This document shows, piece by piece, positions 1 through 13,255 of a stretch of DNA of 64,000 bases (its first letter is position 1; every line of letters starts with the position of its first letter). Origin of the DNA: Sphagnum compactum (Eukaryota); the NCBI GenBank assembly GCA_965153455.1, contig OZ234493.1, forward strand, positions 23,302,213-23,366,212. The letters are read 5' to 3'. Both the position numbers and the translations under genes were made by a program. The notes under the pieces are model-generated. The model was not told where the DNA came from. It did not search any database and was given only the letters and a program-made list of their open reading frames with translations.

Positions 1-3000
1 CCATCATGCAAGAATGGAATCCAAATGTGTACTGCAAAAAGGATACAGCAGTGGTAAGTCACTACACATTAGTCTTTGAGACATCGGAGTGCTGAAAGCA
101 TGTTGAATTACAGAGACATGTGTCATTGTTGTTCTTGCAATCAAATATATCTTCATAAGTACTGAGAGTTTCTCTCAATCAGAACATTTGATCATCAGTG
201 AATGTACACTTGACAAGAGATGTGTTCAACTACCATCAGGTACTTCAAATCTCATTTGGAAAAGTCAACAGAATGCTTACCAGAAGCCAGAAGAAGAATG
301 CAAGCTCAAAGGCATTCTGCAGGATGGTCAACCATGATCAACATCATTCCATGAGACAAAAAGTGAATGTGTGTTCTTGCAGGCATTGGTAACAAGATGG
401 CATATTACTAATATCAATGTAAGATGATAGGTCTACTTGAAGCCAGATTCTAATCCTGCAACATCTGTGATGCATTCCTAACCTGGAAAAACCTTACATC
501 CCTCACCTGCTTGCATACAGTGTGTTTGATATTTTAACATGAGTCCGGTGATTGATAGATTACCTGGAAGAGGACAAAATGAATGAGGTACAGCATGACT
601 CTTGGCCTTTTGAACCAGAACAGGTCATCCCGAAGTCGAACAGGAGTGCAATGGTAGGTTTGTCCCCTGTGGGCATGAGCATTATCACACTGAACTTGTG
701 CATTCTTGAACAGCCTCACTGGTGTATCAACAGCCTTTACACAGCCTCGTACTTCAAGTGTCAGTTCACAGATGATCTTTTGTAGCTTAGCTCCCATTAT
801 TAATACCATCTGCATGCAGAGCACAGAAAAACCTTAGACATCATACATCACCTGCCTGTCCAACTGCATCAAAGGCCATAGGTTGAGGTTTTGAGAAAGT
901 TTGCTGACATAGCATTCAAACCCAAAACCACTACAACTCAGAGCTTGGCTGTTCTTATCAACCTCCTGAAATAGGTAGGTAAATAGCTAAACAAAGCTAG
1001 AGAGGTAGGTAGCAACCTAGACTATGTATGGTATTTGTCACCTTTGGCCTCCAACTTAGGCTGTAACATGCCATCTACTTAGTCAAGGCACCTAAGGAAG
1101 AAGCTAAAGAGCGGAAACAGGAAAACAAAAGACCTAATAAAAACAAGGGGGAAGAAGAATGAGAGAATTGGAGGGCAAGAAAAGTAGAAGTTAATTATTA
1201 GTGTGCTTACAAACAAAGGTAAAAATGCTATCCAGAAGAATATAGACCAACCTGCAAGGAGATAAAACCACAAAATCAGTGTGCAGCACAGTCGAAAGCC
1301 TTAAACCCTAAATTCCGCTGTTCTGAGATAGATACCTTGTAAAACCTTGCTTGAATTGTGAAGAGGTGCATTGAAGAAGAGAAGTGAGAACCAGTGGGTA
1401 GACAGGAAAGGCAGCAGACAACCCACCATGGACATCAAGGAGCAAAAAGATGACAACAAATACCCACAAATAAAACCTGTAAAGGCAAAGCCACATATTA
1501 GGATACACATTATGGCAGTTGGTTTTTTTCCCTTGCAGACATTACTGAACTTTAATCTCTGCAATGGTAGCATTGCACTACTAGAACCCAACTCAATAGT
1601 GTATGGGCAAAAGTGTCGCAGATTTGGGATGGATTAGACAAAGCAAGCAAGCTGAAAAAAGTTGAGAAGAAGTTGAGGTCAACCTGATCCCTACTACAAC
1701 TTTGAAGTCAGCTTCCACGGTGCGCTTTATGTATTTGTGGAAATCATAGTTCTTTGATAACCTATGAGTCTACACCACAAGCCAATCCATATTTTATAGA
1801 AACAGTGTGTTAGGGGGGACAAAGTGTATCAAAGGAAAACTCAAGCAGTTAGCACTCAAAATCAATTGCTGACAATATTGTATTGTGAAGGAAGCTGTTG
1901 ATCAGAATTGAAGAATGAAAGATAGTTGAGATAAACTCACAGCAAGAAAACCAACACGAAGTGTCAAGTAGTCGGTCCTTGTGACAGATCTGCTAAACTG
2001 GTGGAACAAACTCCCCTGTGAACAAGACAATGACATTAGAAGTTTACTCTGCTGCACTTGGTGTAACAGAAACTGCTTTTCTCATGGATCAAGTGCCAGA
2101 TAGATGGAGGTTTCACAGATTAAGAGAGTTGGTAACATAAAATACCCAAATTAAGAATTCTTCTCTATAGTCACACATGAACTCATAAACTGCAAAAAAA
2201 TGTTTGAGTGTTACTGGGACTCACAGCCCACAAGTAGACAAAACATGCAAAATCTCTGAGTGGTTTTGGGTATTTGATGCCAGCTGAGGGAAAAGCTGGA
2301 CTTGGCTCCAAGGCTTGTGCATCCTTCATGACTGCAGTACAAAACAGCTTGATTAACTAACTTCACATACATGGGAAACGTAACTTATAACCCATCAAAC
2401 TGCTTTACTTCTGTGTCACTTGTTGCTTTCATTTTGTTTGCACTGGCAGGAGGATCACAGAGGAACCACCCTGACTTACCTTCTCTGGCACAATCAAAAT
2501 TCTCCTGACGGGTTTCCTCCTCCCATTTCTTCCAAGCATGCACCTGATCACACATGCCCAGTCTCACAACACATTAACTGGCTCTGTCATCAAGAAATAC
2601 TTAGGAACACATCCACTATATGTCATCAAAGGCTCTGTGTTGTTGAAGAGCAAGATGTTGTTAACCCCTGAAGCATGTATGTACATTTTGGTTTTTTTCT
2701 GGTCTCAAAATCTCCTCCTCCTTACCCTCAAGGTTTCAGCTGAGATGTAGGAAGAGGAACTCTCTACTGAAAAGGATTGAAGCCTTTCAGAAGAAGCTTA
2801 CAATGAGAACCACATCTGACAGATGGTGAAACAACTCTTAACAAAAAACCAGCCTGGGTTACTGCCAAGGAGATTGCAGTAACAGTGTAATATATATGTC
2901 AAGCTACAGTTCATCCTTTTGGGTTATGAACTGTGTGTGACAGCATACCCTAAAACAAAGAAGCAAAGAAACTGATGCAAAGAAAAGTCCAGTTGAAACT

Positions 3001-4304
3001 TCAATCTTCACCTTCAGGAAACCAAGAAGGACAGTGATGCAGCTGTAGCACACATGGACTATTGCGAGCACAAATATGAACAGGTGTATCTGATGTAAGC
3101 TCTCCACTGAGATGATTTGGACCTCGCCCTGCAGATTGTGTTCTTTTCCCAATGAGCAACATTCTATAGTATAAAAGCCAGGAAAAGAAACATGAATGAT
3201 TGAGAACAAGCAAATAAAACACACACACACACACACATCCACACAACATCAGAGACAGAATCTGTACCGCTGCACAAGTTGATGTCTCATTTGCATTTGT
3301 GTCATAAGCACATGGCAGCATGCTCTTGTTCAACCTCTCAGGCATGCAAAGTGAAGCCACGACTGGCTGAAAAACCGTGAGCAGCAGAGAGATGAATCCA
3401 AGCACCATCAACTCTATACCACCCCCCAGAAAGAGGTCACACTGAGAGCCTTTGCACACACGATTCTTGCATTCAATCACATAAAATGAAACCAGAGCAC
3501 AGCTAATTCAGAGTTACTGACACAGGGGGATCAATCCCTTCACCATAGTTTTGCAACCAGAGATGCAAAAAGTAGGGGTGGGTCAAGAGGACATAAGTGC
3601 ACCATCTTTTATCTTCTCCAAAGTCTGGACGAGTGGTCTCATGTTTTTCTTCTTCAGCCACTGCCACCAAATCAAAGAAAAAAAGCATCCCACAAAACAT
3701 TGCTTCATCAGTCAGTGAAGAACATCACCAACAAAATGGATCTAATCAGGTTTCTCCACAAGAAGGAGCCAGAGAAACAGAAAGTAATGCTATTTTGCAA
3801 CTACATAAGGCATGTCGCAGCAGCAGCAGCAGGGGTGTACTTTATCTATCACAATAAAGAAGACCAGTTCAGCAAATCACCTTATGTGAGCAGGGGAAAC
3901 ACCAAAACTAACAAGAACTGGTTGGCAGAGAATCCTAGAGTGTCAGAATCAGAAGCTCAAAATTTAAAACACAAAGTTACTTGCAATATCTCAACGATGG
4001 GGGAGCTTGCAAACAGCAATTGAACGAAACCAAGCTCCTCAAAGCTGCTCACTGCTATTTTGAATCCATAGATGGATTGAGAAAATACTGATTGCAATAC
4101 CTCGGGAATTCTGTTTCGCAGTTAGATCTACCATTCTCTTGGTTGATGAATCTGTTCAAGAAGGTGAGAAAGACACACAGAGACGGAATCAAGCCAACTC
4201 ACTTTCCCCAGTTGATTGATGCCAGCCTCCACTAGCAGAGATGCCACCACGAAGATAGTACAGACGGTTGCCACAGCCCATGTAGGCGTCTGCTCCAGTC
4301 CCAT
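1..4304 (-). CDS. MLO: MLO family seven-transmembrane protein, multi-exon; 3' part lies beyond the left edge of the window
   Basis: GT-AG exons translate to hallmark MLO motifs. 4304-4203 MGLEQTPTWAVATVC; 3660-3603 WLKKKNMRPLVQTLEKIKD; ~3413-3268 ELMVLGFISLLL; ~3129-3011 SLHQIHLFIFVLAIVHVCYS; 2543-2480 HAWKKWEEE; ~2016-1942 FHQFSRSVTRTDYLTLRVGF; ~1771-1684 YDFHKYIKRTVEADFKVVVGI; ~1472-1425; ~1251-1211; ~809-564 GAKLQKII...DDLFWFKRP...IHFVLFQ; 317-282 NAFELAFFFW; 32-1 FGFHSC. Confidence 0.95.
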
Positions 4305-7300
4305 CTCTATCTCTCTCTCTCTCCCTCTCCCTGTGTTTCTGTCTCTCTCTCTCTCTCTCAACTCTCCTTCCTCCTCCTCCTCACCCCAACGTTCTCACTC
4401 CCAATATCCAGAGCTTCCAACTGTTTCTGATCCGCACCCATCTGCCACCTCTTCTGTCATGTGCACATAGCTCCTTGAATTTCCTCCACCAAGCTTACAT
4501 CACCCCACTTCCTGCGCACCTCTCCAGCACCAACCCACTCCTGTTACAATTTCACTCCCCAAATTTCCAGAAACTTTACAGAGCTCCCCTCTTTCACAAG
4601 CATACAAGGTAGTACTAGTTCAAACCATGAGCATCCTGAAAGTATGTTGTAGTAGTTAGAACCTATGGCTGCAATCAATCAAACGGACGATACAAGCTGG
4701 ATCCTTTTAGTTTCAAACCACGGATTCGAGTTTGAGCTCGCAACCTTGCACACTTCTTCACAGTGATTGCAAGCCTGGGTTTGCCGCTGCGCTTCCAACC
4801 TGTTTGGAAAACTGATTTAGAAAGCTGTGTTTGTGACAAGAACCCGGAAAGAAAAAACCGGCCAGCTTTAAGAGGAAGCTTTCCGCCAGTAACCTACCTG
4901 ATTGATTTTCCTGTCCAGAATCATGCTTTTGCGAGATTTATGAGGCCAGCCGAAAGCGAGGGCGCATGAAGAAGACGCGACGGGAGCTGCTGCAAGTGGA
5001 TTTGTTGTTGTTAATTCCCATTAAAAAAATGCCCACGACCTCCACGAGAGATGGTTTTTGGGGTGCAACATCTCCGGATAACCGGGACAAAAGGTTCTCT
5101 TCGGTGGTGGTTTCTTGACCCCACCATCTATTTGCTGCGAACTCGTCACATTATATTGATAATATTGATTATATTGAGCCGACATCTACGATTCGTTCTT
5201 CGGGAATAATGCTGAAATGGCATCCTTCCACAATGCACCCCAGAAACGGCACGGGGAGAGAATTTCAACAGAAATTTACAAAACTCATTCTTTTTTCCCT
5301 CTTTTTTTCGGGGGGTTTTGGAAGAATACTGCGAAGCTGGGAACAGTGGGTGGACGACTGTTCCGTGTCCCTGAAGGTGGACCACTCACTCAATCTCCGT
5401 CTACAATTGCGACAAAACATCAGGAAGTTATTTGTTGTTGTCAGAAAATCATCATCTGCAGTCCGGTCCCATCGTTCAGGTAGTTCCTGGAGACAGTTCC
5501 TCCGAAGAACGACCGACGAACAGTGTAGAACAACAAGAGGATGCTGAACAGGCGTCGTCGTAAGTAATCCGAAACAGCTGCTGCTACTTCCCAGACGGCA
5601 TTCGGATCTAGTATTGTATAACCCATTCTTTACTTCTTTTTTTTTTTGAGCAGAGTTTTCGTGGCCTCTTGTTGATCGGCGCAGTTTGACTTTGGGTTTT
5701 TGCGGATTAGGCCCTGAAAGAGTTACATATATGATCTGAAGAGCTGACAGTTTGAGATCAGAAAGCTGATTTATCTTGAAGTTTCCTTTGCATTTGCAAT
5801 GGTAATGAACATCAGCAGCTAGCAGGGGTGTATATTTTTCTATTGCCATGCCATTTTCTTTGCAATGGAGCTTTCTCTTCGGTTTCATCTGAAATGTTGA
5901 GAAGCGAGAGTTGTGTGAGTCGAGCTTGTGAAATGTAGGGCGGCTGACTTTGCTACCTCCTTCCATCATTCACAGAAAAGAGAAAATGAGACCCGACGAG
6001 ACGAGACGAGAATCATGCGGCTTTCACTCCAGAACTGGGGACATGGTGCTCACGGAGTGAAATGCTCTGAATCCGTATACATGGTGTTTGTTCGCTGCTC
6101 CTCCTCCTCCCTCCTCCGTGGTCATGGTGAAATCGACAACCTGCTGCAACATGTACATCGCGCGTTTTCTTTTCTTCGTGTGATTTAGAGATTGCTCTTC
6201 GTCGTCGTCATCGTCGTCTTCATCTTCTTGTCTGGTGCTTCCCGAACTCCGTCGCGCACTGGAAGTCTCTCTCTTCCATCGCTACACCTTCTCTTGGGTC
6301 GCGCACATGAGGGAAGAAGCGCGGCAGACTGCCGCTCGAGAAGCAGATCGCCCCGCGATCGGCCACAAAACCTGGCAGGCAGAAAATCCCGACGTCTGCC
6401 CGGCACTGTAGCTCCCCTTTCGGCCTGCCCACGAACTGCGGCGCTCCAGTTAGCACTCTGCCCGAGTCTCTCACGAGTTTCACCGTTCACCTTCGTGCTC
6501 ACCCGTGCTCACCTGCTTGCATTCCATAGCCATTTTCTCACTGCACACAATACAGGCACTGTGTTTCTCAATTTTTTTTCTTTGAATCACATTTTCTTCT
6601 GTCTTTCTCACCATGGAACCGTCTTAAGAGCCAAGTTTCCTGTCCCTGATGATGATGGGTTCAAGCTCTTCACTTCCCTTGTTCATTGTGCCTCACACAG
6701 CACATCCAGCTCCACCCAAGTCCAAGAGAGATTGAAAAAATGATTCTACAGCATTGTTGATGGACTTTGTTTGAGGAGAAATTTCTTGCCAATAGCATGA
6801 ACAGCTTGACAGCAGCAGTGGCAAGAAATTTTATTGAAGATTGAGGAGGCATTTTCCATTGACCCCTCCGCGCACTTGGGCTCAAGTTCAATCCAAAGCA
6901 CACAAAACGCGGAAGAAATTTAATCAGTTGAAACAGGAGCATGGAAAATCTGCCCACCTGCCTTTCTGCCAGCGAATTTCAAGGAACAGGCAGGCAGAAG
7001 CCAAGGTTTTCACAATCATGTGCGCGACCCATCTCTCTCCTCTCGTTTTCCCCCCGCGACCCCCTCCCCTCCGCCCCTCTCTTTCTGTCTCTCTCATATT
7101 TTCTCATCCATGATGAACAGATGTCATTCATCCTTTTATCTATTTTTGACTCTGTCTTTTTCTGTACTGTGTAGTATAGAGGCAGCTTCAACACATGTCT
7201 GTCGAATAACAAATTAATTAATTAATTAATTTCGAATATTCCATGTCTAAAAATAGATTATCCCCTCAATATTCCATAATATATCTTTGGAAAAAATATT

Positions 7301-7681
7301 TTGTGAAAGTTTCAATTTTTTTTGCAAATTTCTTTTCTATTTTTTATTTTTTAATTTCTTGGTCTGTTTGTATCTTATTCTTTGTCTGCACTCATTCAAT
7401 GTTTGTCTATTTGTATTTTGTTGTTTGTCTTACACCCTTTTTTGGTTTTTTATTTATTTTTAGTTTTTGTATCTTATTGTAAACTTTTCTAATAAATTGA
7501 ACTTTCATTGGCATTTTGCCTAACAAATCAAGAATGTAAAAAATATATTAATGAAACAAAATGACATATAATAAAAATAATGAATTAAAATAAAATTATT
7601 ATGTCCACACAAAATAATTTAATCATCGTCATTAGTAGTGCAAAGGAACACAGAGCCCAAATATAATTAGTTATTTGTGTG

Positions 7682-8055
7682 GAAGCTATCAAGGTATTAC
7701 GATGGTATGGAACCAATTTAGTTTTCATTTGGTCCCACATTTTGAGGAGTGTTTAGGTGTTACTGTGATGAGTGGGTTCATTTTTGGAGAGCATTTAATA
7801 TTTCCTATTTTAACTATGGCTGGTTTGAAGTTTGAACTTGCCATAAAATAAATAATACTTTTTTGCAGATAATATAATTAGTGTCAAAGCTGCCAAGGCA
7901 CTATGGTATGGAACAATGTAACTATAGTCTCATTTGGTCCCACATTATGGAGAGTGGTCAGGTCAGGTTGTTATTGTGATGAGTGAGTTCTTTTTTGGAG
8001 AAAATGGAATGTTTCCTTATTTTAAACTCCTACCTCATTTGAACTTGCCATAAAG
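7682..8055. repeat. Two diverged direct copies (~170 bp, ~205 bp apart) of a dispersed repeat
   Basis: 'atggtatggaac...catttggtcccacatt...gtgatgagtg.gttc...tttggaga...tttgaacttgccataaa' occurs twice. The core 'atttggtcccacattttgagga' recurs at ~50388. Confidence 0.75.
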
Positions 8056-10918
8056 GCCAGGCAGAGCCATTAGACAATTATGCGATTTATTTTTATTTTT
8101 ATTTTATTTTATTTATTTATTTATTTTCATGATTTCTATTTGTTTAGAACACAAAGTGGTTTTGAAAATTCAAAGCTATATTATCTGATCAGAATTATGG
8201 GATTGCTGTTTTTTTTGTTTTTTTTTGGTGGAGAATTTTGGCTATTTTGTGGAAAGAAACTTTGAGGGAAAAAACTTTGAGACATAAAATAATAATAATA
8301 ATTTAGTGTAAAATATGTTATTTCAAAAAAAAAATTGCCACATTTATAAAACATAATCCCTTTTTTTTGTAATGTATGGTGTCCAGCACCAACAATTTTG
8401 TGGATAACTCCAAAATAATACAAAAAAGGATAATGCAAATAGGGCTCTAGTGGCAGGAAAATATTGAGAGGAAGACAGCAAAAGGAGAGAGATTATGTTG
8501 GCTTCTAGGGCAGGAAAAAAATAAGAGGTAGATAGCAAAAGGAGATTGAGTACTTTGCTGTCTACAAATAAAGGAAAGCAGCTGCCATAAGAGATTTGAA
8601 AAATCCAAAAAGCAAAATTTGTAGTTTCTTTGCCCAAGAGAAGGAATTGTCTATCTTTAGGACAGGCCACAAAATGATCCAAACATAAACACTTCTCTGC
8701 TATGAATTGATCTTAATTAAACTAGGCCCTTTTCCTATACTATGAGGACCGTAGCATGTAGGAGACGGGCCTAAGTACATGCCCTTCCGTGATTTGAGAT
8801 CTGCACTGTAAGTCTAGCATCCCAACTTCCCTTCAGGATGCTCAAATTGTGTGTCTTGTTATCCTTAGGTTTAGCATTTTCATTTGGATTGTAGAATTGG
8901 GTTAGCCTAAAGAGCATTTCAAAAGTTGCAGAGTTGCCAAATTTGAGTGCTTATGGCAAAATTTTGTTTTCTATTGTACGTTGGTACTTTAGTATACAAA
9001 TCCACCTTTGGCATCTTGTTTGTTATTCCCCATAAATTCATCTTCTTGACTTGGTACTTTTTAAGTGTTAGAATTCTTTAAAGTACATTTTCTTCTTTAG
9101 TCTCCCATTGTGGAAGGATGTCTTGACATACATCCATGTGGTGACAATTCTTGTCTCTTTGAGTTCCTCCTAGAACTCCAAGGGTTGACCCACTCGAACA
9201 GAATTCAAAAGGGTGTCATCATCTCTCTTTTTTCAAGATTTTGCTCTTAACCTGTTACAACTAGTTAGGTTTGAATTTCATGTCTTTATTTGGTCTTTAC
9301 TTGATGCAATGGACCCATTTTCTTTGTAGATGTTACTTTCTCTCTTTATTGTAATAGATTGCAATTTGCATCATGTTGATGAAGAAAGACCCTGTATATT
9401 CAAAACCCAGGGATGGGAACCCATCACTCGAACTACAAGGCAAATAAATGTCATGTCATGCTTGAGAACACATGTCATGAAAGAAAATAACAATCTGGAC
9501 ACCCCTAATACACTAATAAAATTAAAGACCATAGACATTTCCATTTTAGTGACTTAATAGAGTTTTCCTTAAAGTAATCATGTCGTCACCTTGTCTGTGG
9601 GGCCTGTTTTCATCCCTATCCATCGTTTTTTTTTTTTGTAAAAAATCATCGAAAGGCGAAAAATTATAGGTCAGTGTAACAAGCCTTTGTAAAGTCTAGG
9701 GGTAAAATCAGAAATTTTTGCCTAATGCGGTAAGTGCCAAATGGTTACATCACCACTTTACATCACAATCAAAACCCTAAATCGCTTATCACTATCACAC
9801 CGTTAACCACTATTCGTCATCGCTGCACCCTGCCAACATGAGTTTTTTGTCACCTTTGCTGCTTGTGTCCTATGTACATTGTCAACAATGATGATGCAAG
9901 AGGAGGAAGAATTCGCCAACACTATGTTTAGAAATTAATAGTACTAAAAATTTCTAGGGATTCATGATGCATTATAATGAAATTTTATGATATTAGACTT
10001 TTCAAAACATTTACAAGTGATGACTCGCCCACTGCAACGATTCTAAACCCAATAAATTCGCCAAAGTGGCTTCACCTTAGAAAAAACAAATAGCCACCTT
10101 TGTTATTTTATGTCTAAGTTGTGTGACCACATTGGCAACTACTTGGACCTTTAAAAGAAACATTGTCACTATCCCCTCTTTGAGTGAGGTCTGCAAAATA
10201 AGGAAGTTTTATATCATCTAGGTATGAAATGCTGAAAGTCAACATTTAACGCACAAGGTTCGAAGTAATTATAGTAGTTGTACATGTAGGAGTAGTGAAA
10301 ACATATGTAGCAGCAGTGGAAGCACTTGGGAAAAAGGAAAGACAGGTGAGAACCGGATCAAACTCAGTTTGGCACAAAAAGTGGTGCATTTCTGACTTCG
10401 ACACCCCCTTGAAGGCTAATGTACTTTTTTACAGGTTTCTTTAAAAATCTCATCTAGTTTTGGACCAAACTCAGGCTACTGGTGCCGTGTTGTCCAGACA
10501 TTACGAAAAACTCTAACATATTTCTTATTTCTTAACTCGTACCCAACAGTGATCATGAACAATTGTTGCATAAATACAATCAATGTGTTGTTGATCAATT
10601 ATGCAAATCTGTAAAATTTCAGATTTCAAAACGCAATGCAGAGAGGATCTCTTAACACCATCCTAACATCTCCTAACTTCCATCTCCACTTGAGCATAGT
10701 ACGTAGTAACAACAAGAAATCTATTGCGTAACTAATACTATTTTGTATGAAACAAGCATACCAGGCCAGAGTTGTCCATTTAAAGTACACTTTCCCCAGC
10801 GAGCTTCAGTCAAGACCCTTCCAAAGCATGCACTCAGGACTCAGCTCCCTCACTGTTTGTAGGTGACTGAGTAGTGCTCTTTTCAGCATCCTCCAAATTG
10901 AGCTACCGTGATATGGAT

Positions 10919-11967
10919 TCATGCATCCCAAACTTCTTTGTAGACTGTTTTGAACCTTTTGAAATATTCATTGTCCAAACTACATAGAGCCAGCACTTGC
11001 TTTCCAGAAACAACCACATCCAGTACCTGAAGTGAATCACACCACTGTGTAGCATCCACTACAGTCTAAATATGCAACCTTGATTGGAAAGGTACTTAGT
11101 ACCATGGTTCCTTCCAAGCTTTATCCCTACCCTGAGTTGGTGGCCACAAAATTGAAGATAATTGTTTAGCCTATGGTGCTCTATGTGAGTGTACAGGGGA
11201 AAATGAACTCACTTGGATGCATCATCAGATTCTCATAATAGATATCATGCAGACCTATAGAAACTCGGGCTTGACATAGAACTCTGAGCAATGCATCCAA
11301 TCTGTCATAACACACAACTAGAAGTACTTCTGAAGCCATTAGTACACTACATTCCAGCTGTCTATGGTACATGATGGCCTTCTAGAGTGCTGCACAGATT
11401 TGCATGAGAAGACCATATTGACGATCACTTTACTATCCATCATGGTTGGCCACCACCAAGCTTTCGAAGGTAAAACACTACCGCACAATATCCACTCAAC
11501 TCTCAAACAAGTTGGTTGCCGATGTCCATAACATAGGCCCAGGCACAAAATACTTAATCACAACAAAGGGCTTCCCTGGCACACAATATTACATGGTTCT
11601 AGGTTTTTCAGCATTTTCTAGAAGCTTCCTATCCATCCAAGAAGCTCAATAAACTAAAGAAGAAAAGATGTATCCAACACAATCATTTAACAACGCTTTG
11701 TGTTCATCAAAACAGAAAGACACTTCAAAAAAGAAATTTGCAAGGGTGGCCTATGAGGTAACCAATAAAACACAAAGGAGAGAGGGAGGGAAGAGAAAGA
11801 CAAATCAATTCCTTGATAGCATACAAGAGGATTTCGGACCTCCACAAAAGAACTCAAAAGTGATCTTGCAGCCTCTACTTTGGTACTGTCCAAAGAGGCT
11901 TGGCAGAAGGTCCTTCATCGTGTAAAGTAGCATCTCCACTTTAGATTGCATATCCATATATGTGCGG
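10919..11967 (-). pseudogene. 3'-terminal exons of an unidentified gene (disrupted fragment)
   Basis: Exon-like segments 11967-11840 and 11026-10919 have canonical splice sites and join in phase (..STKVEAARSLLSSFVE|VLDVVVSGKQVLALCSLDNEYFKRFKTVYKEVWDA*). The upstream exon has a stop or frameshift in that frame. Family not recognised. Confidence 0.45.
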
Positions 11968-12606
11968 CTGGGATGGAACATTGGACTTGTATGGTATGTG
12001 AAAACATAAAATTCACATTGAACTCATTGCCTACTACCTATCATGCATCTGATACACACAATTTATCTCAAGTTGCAGTTTTATGCTACATACTCCTATG
12101 TGTTTGCATAAGGAACTACACACTGGAAGATTTGTTATGGACTAGCTTGGTTTACATCACAAGCAAGTCCACAACTGTATAGATCTAGCATAACTGTCAA
12201 AAAGCAATTTCAGTTCAAATTCAAAGAGAAACTACACACCACGAATTAGAAGCACCCCTTCCTTCTCACTTAGTCACAATTGGAATCCCAGCCAACAGGA
12301 ACAATATGACATGCACTTGATACATGAGCAAGATTTAAGATATAATGATTGATCCATTTGTAGGTGCAAGAAAACATAGAAAGGCCCCCTTCACCTCAAG
12401 AAAAAAGTTATCATTCCACACAGCGCAAGAGTCAATTCATACCAACCTATCGGTGACATGCATCAATATTAATTATTGGTTGATTGCAATGCTTTCACAA
12501 AAGAAATAGAGAAAAAAAAAATGCAATCATAAGGGGGAGGAAGGCAGTTTATCCTTGCTCGTTGTTTGAAGGAAAGTCGATGTTACACTGATAACTTCGG
12601 ATTAAA

Positions 12607-12975
12607 TTGATGGCCGAAACATTTATCAAATTCTTACCCAATGAGATAGTAACAGAAATTATATTTCCTAAAATCATCCGTCATGCAGCTTTGATAAATG
12701 GAAGATATCAAACTCAGGAAAAAAGAGAGAGACTTGATGAAATATTCGTTATGAGAATGTTCAACAAATTATGGAAAGAAATTATAGATAACACGATTGA
12801 ATGGTTGGCATTCTGCCTAGCAAATGAAGAATGCCAAAAATATGAATGGAACAAAATGACATATAGTGAAATTTGCACCATTTTATCTTTTGAAAAAAAC
12901 TTTCAATTATTGAATCTGATGCACATTCAAGATTCAAAATTAAACCTAACATATTATTCAAAAAAACAAATTTGA
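12607..12975 (+). CDS. Intronless AT-rich ORF with an F-box-like N-terminal motif (probably repeat-borne or pseudogenic)
   Basis: FLPNEIVTEIIFPKI...RMFNKLWKEII resembles the F-box LP-x-E-I...V-x-K-x-W pattern. It is followed by (AATTC/GAATT)n repeats at ~13110-13175. Confidence 0.35.
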   Translation: MMAETFIKFLPNEIVTEIIFPKIIRHAALINGRYQTQEKRERLDEIFVMRMFNKLWKEIIDNTIEWLAFCLANEECQKYEWNKMTYSEICTILSFEKNFQLLNLMHIQDSKLNLTYYSKKQI

Positions 12976-13255
12976 TTACAATAAAATTATTATCTCTACA
13001 TTTAATGACATGACGGTTCCAAACTAAAATTTATTTAGCGCATTCCCAAATGAAAAGGCACTAAGATTTTGAATACATTCTCTAACAATTTGCATCCCAT
13101 TTGTCTTTGATTAAATTTGAATTCAATTCAATTCAATCTGGATTCAATTCAATTGTTGAATTGAAATTGAATTTAGATGAATTTTTCCGTTGAAATTTTC
13201 CTTTCTGAGCAATAGCAAGCACCAAGAAGTTGAAAGTTCAAGAATAATGACACAC

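Noticed and set aside
5265-6743. Long ORFs (234 aa minus, 183 aa plus) upstream of MLO
   Set aside because: No recognisable domain or consistent splice structure. Probably chance ORFs in moderately GC-rich promoter or decayed DNA.
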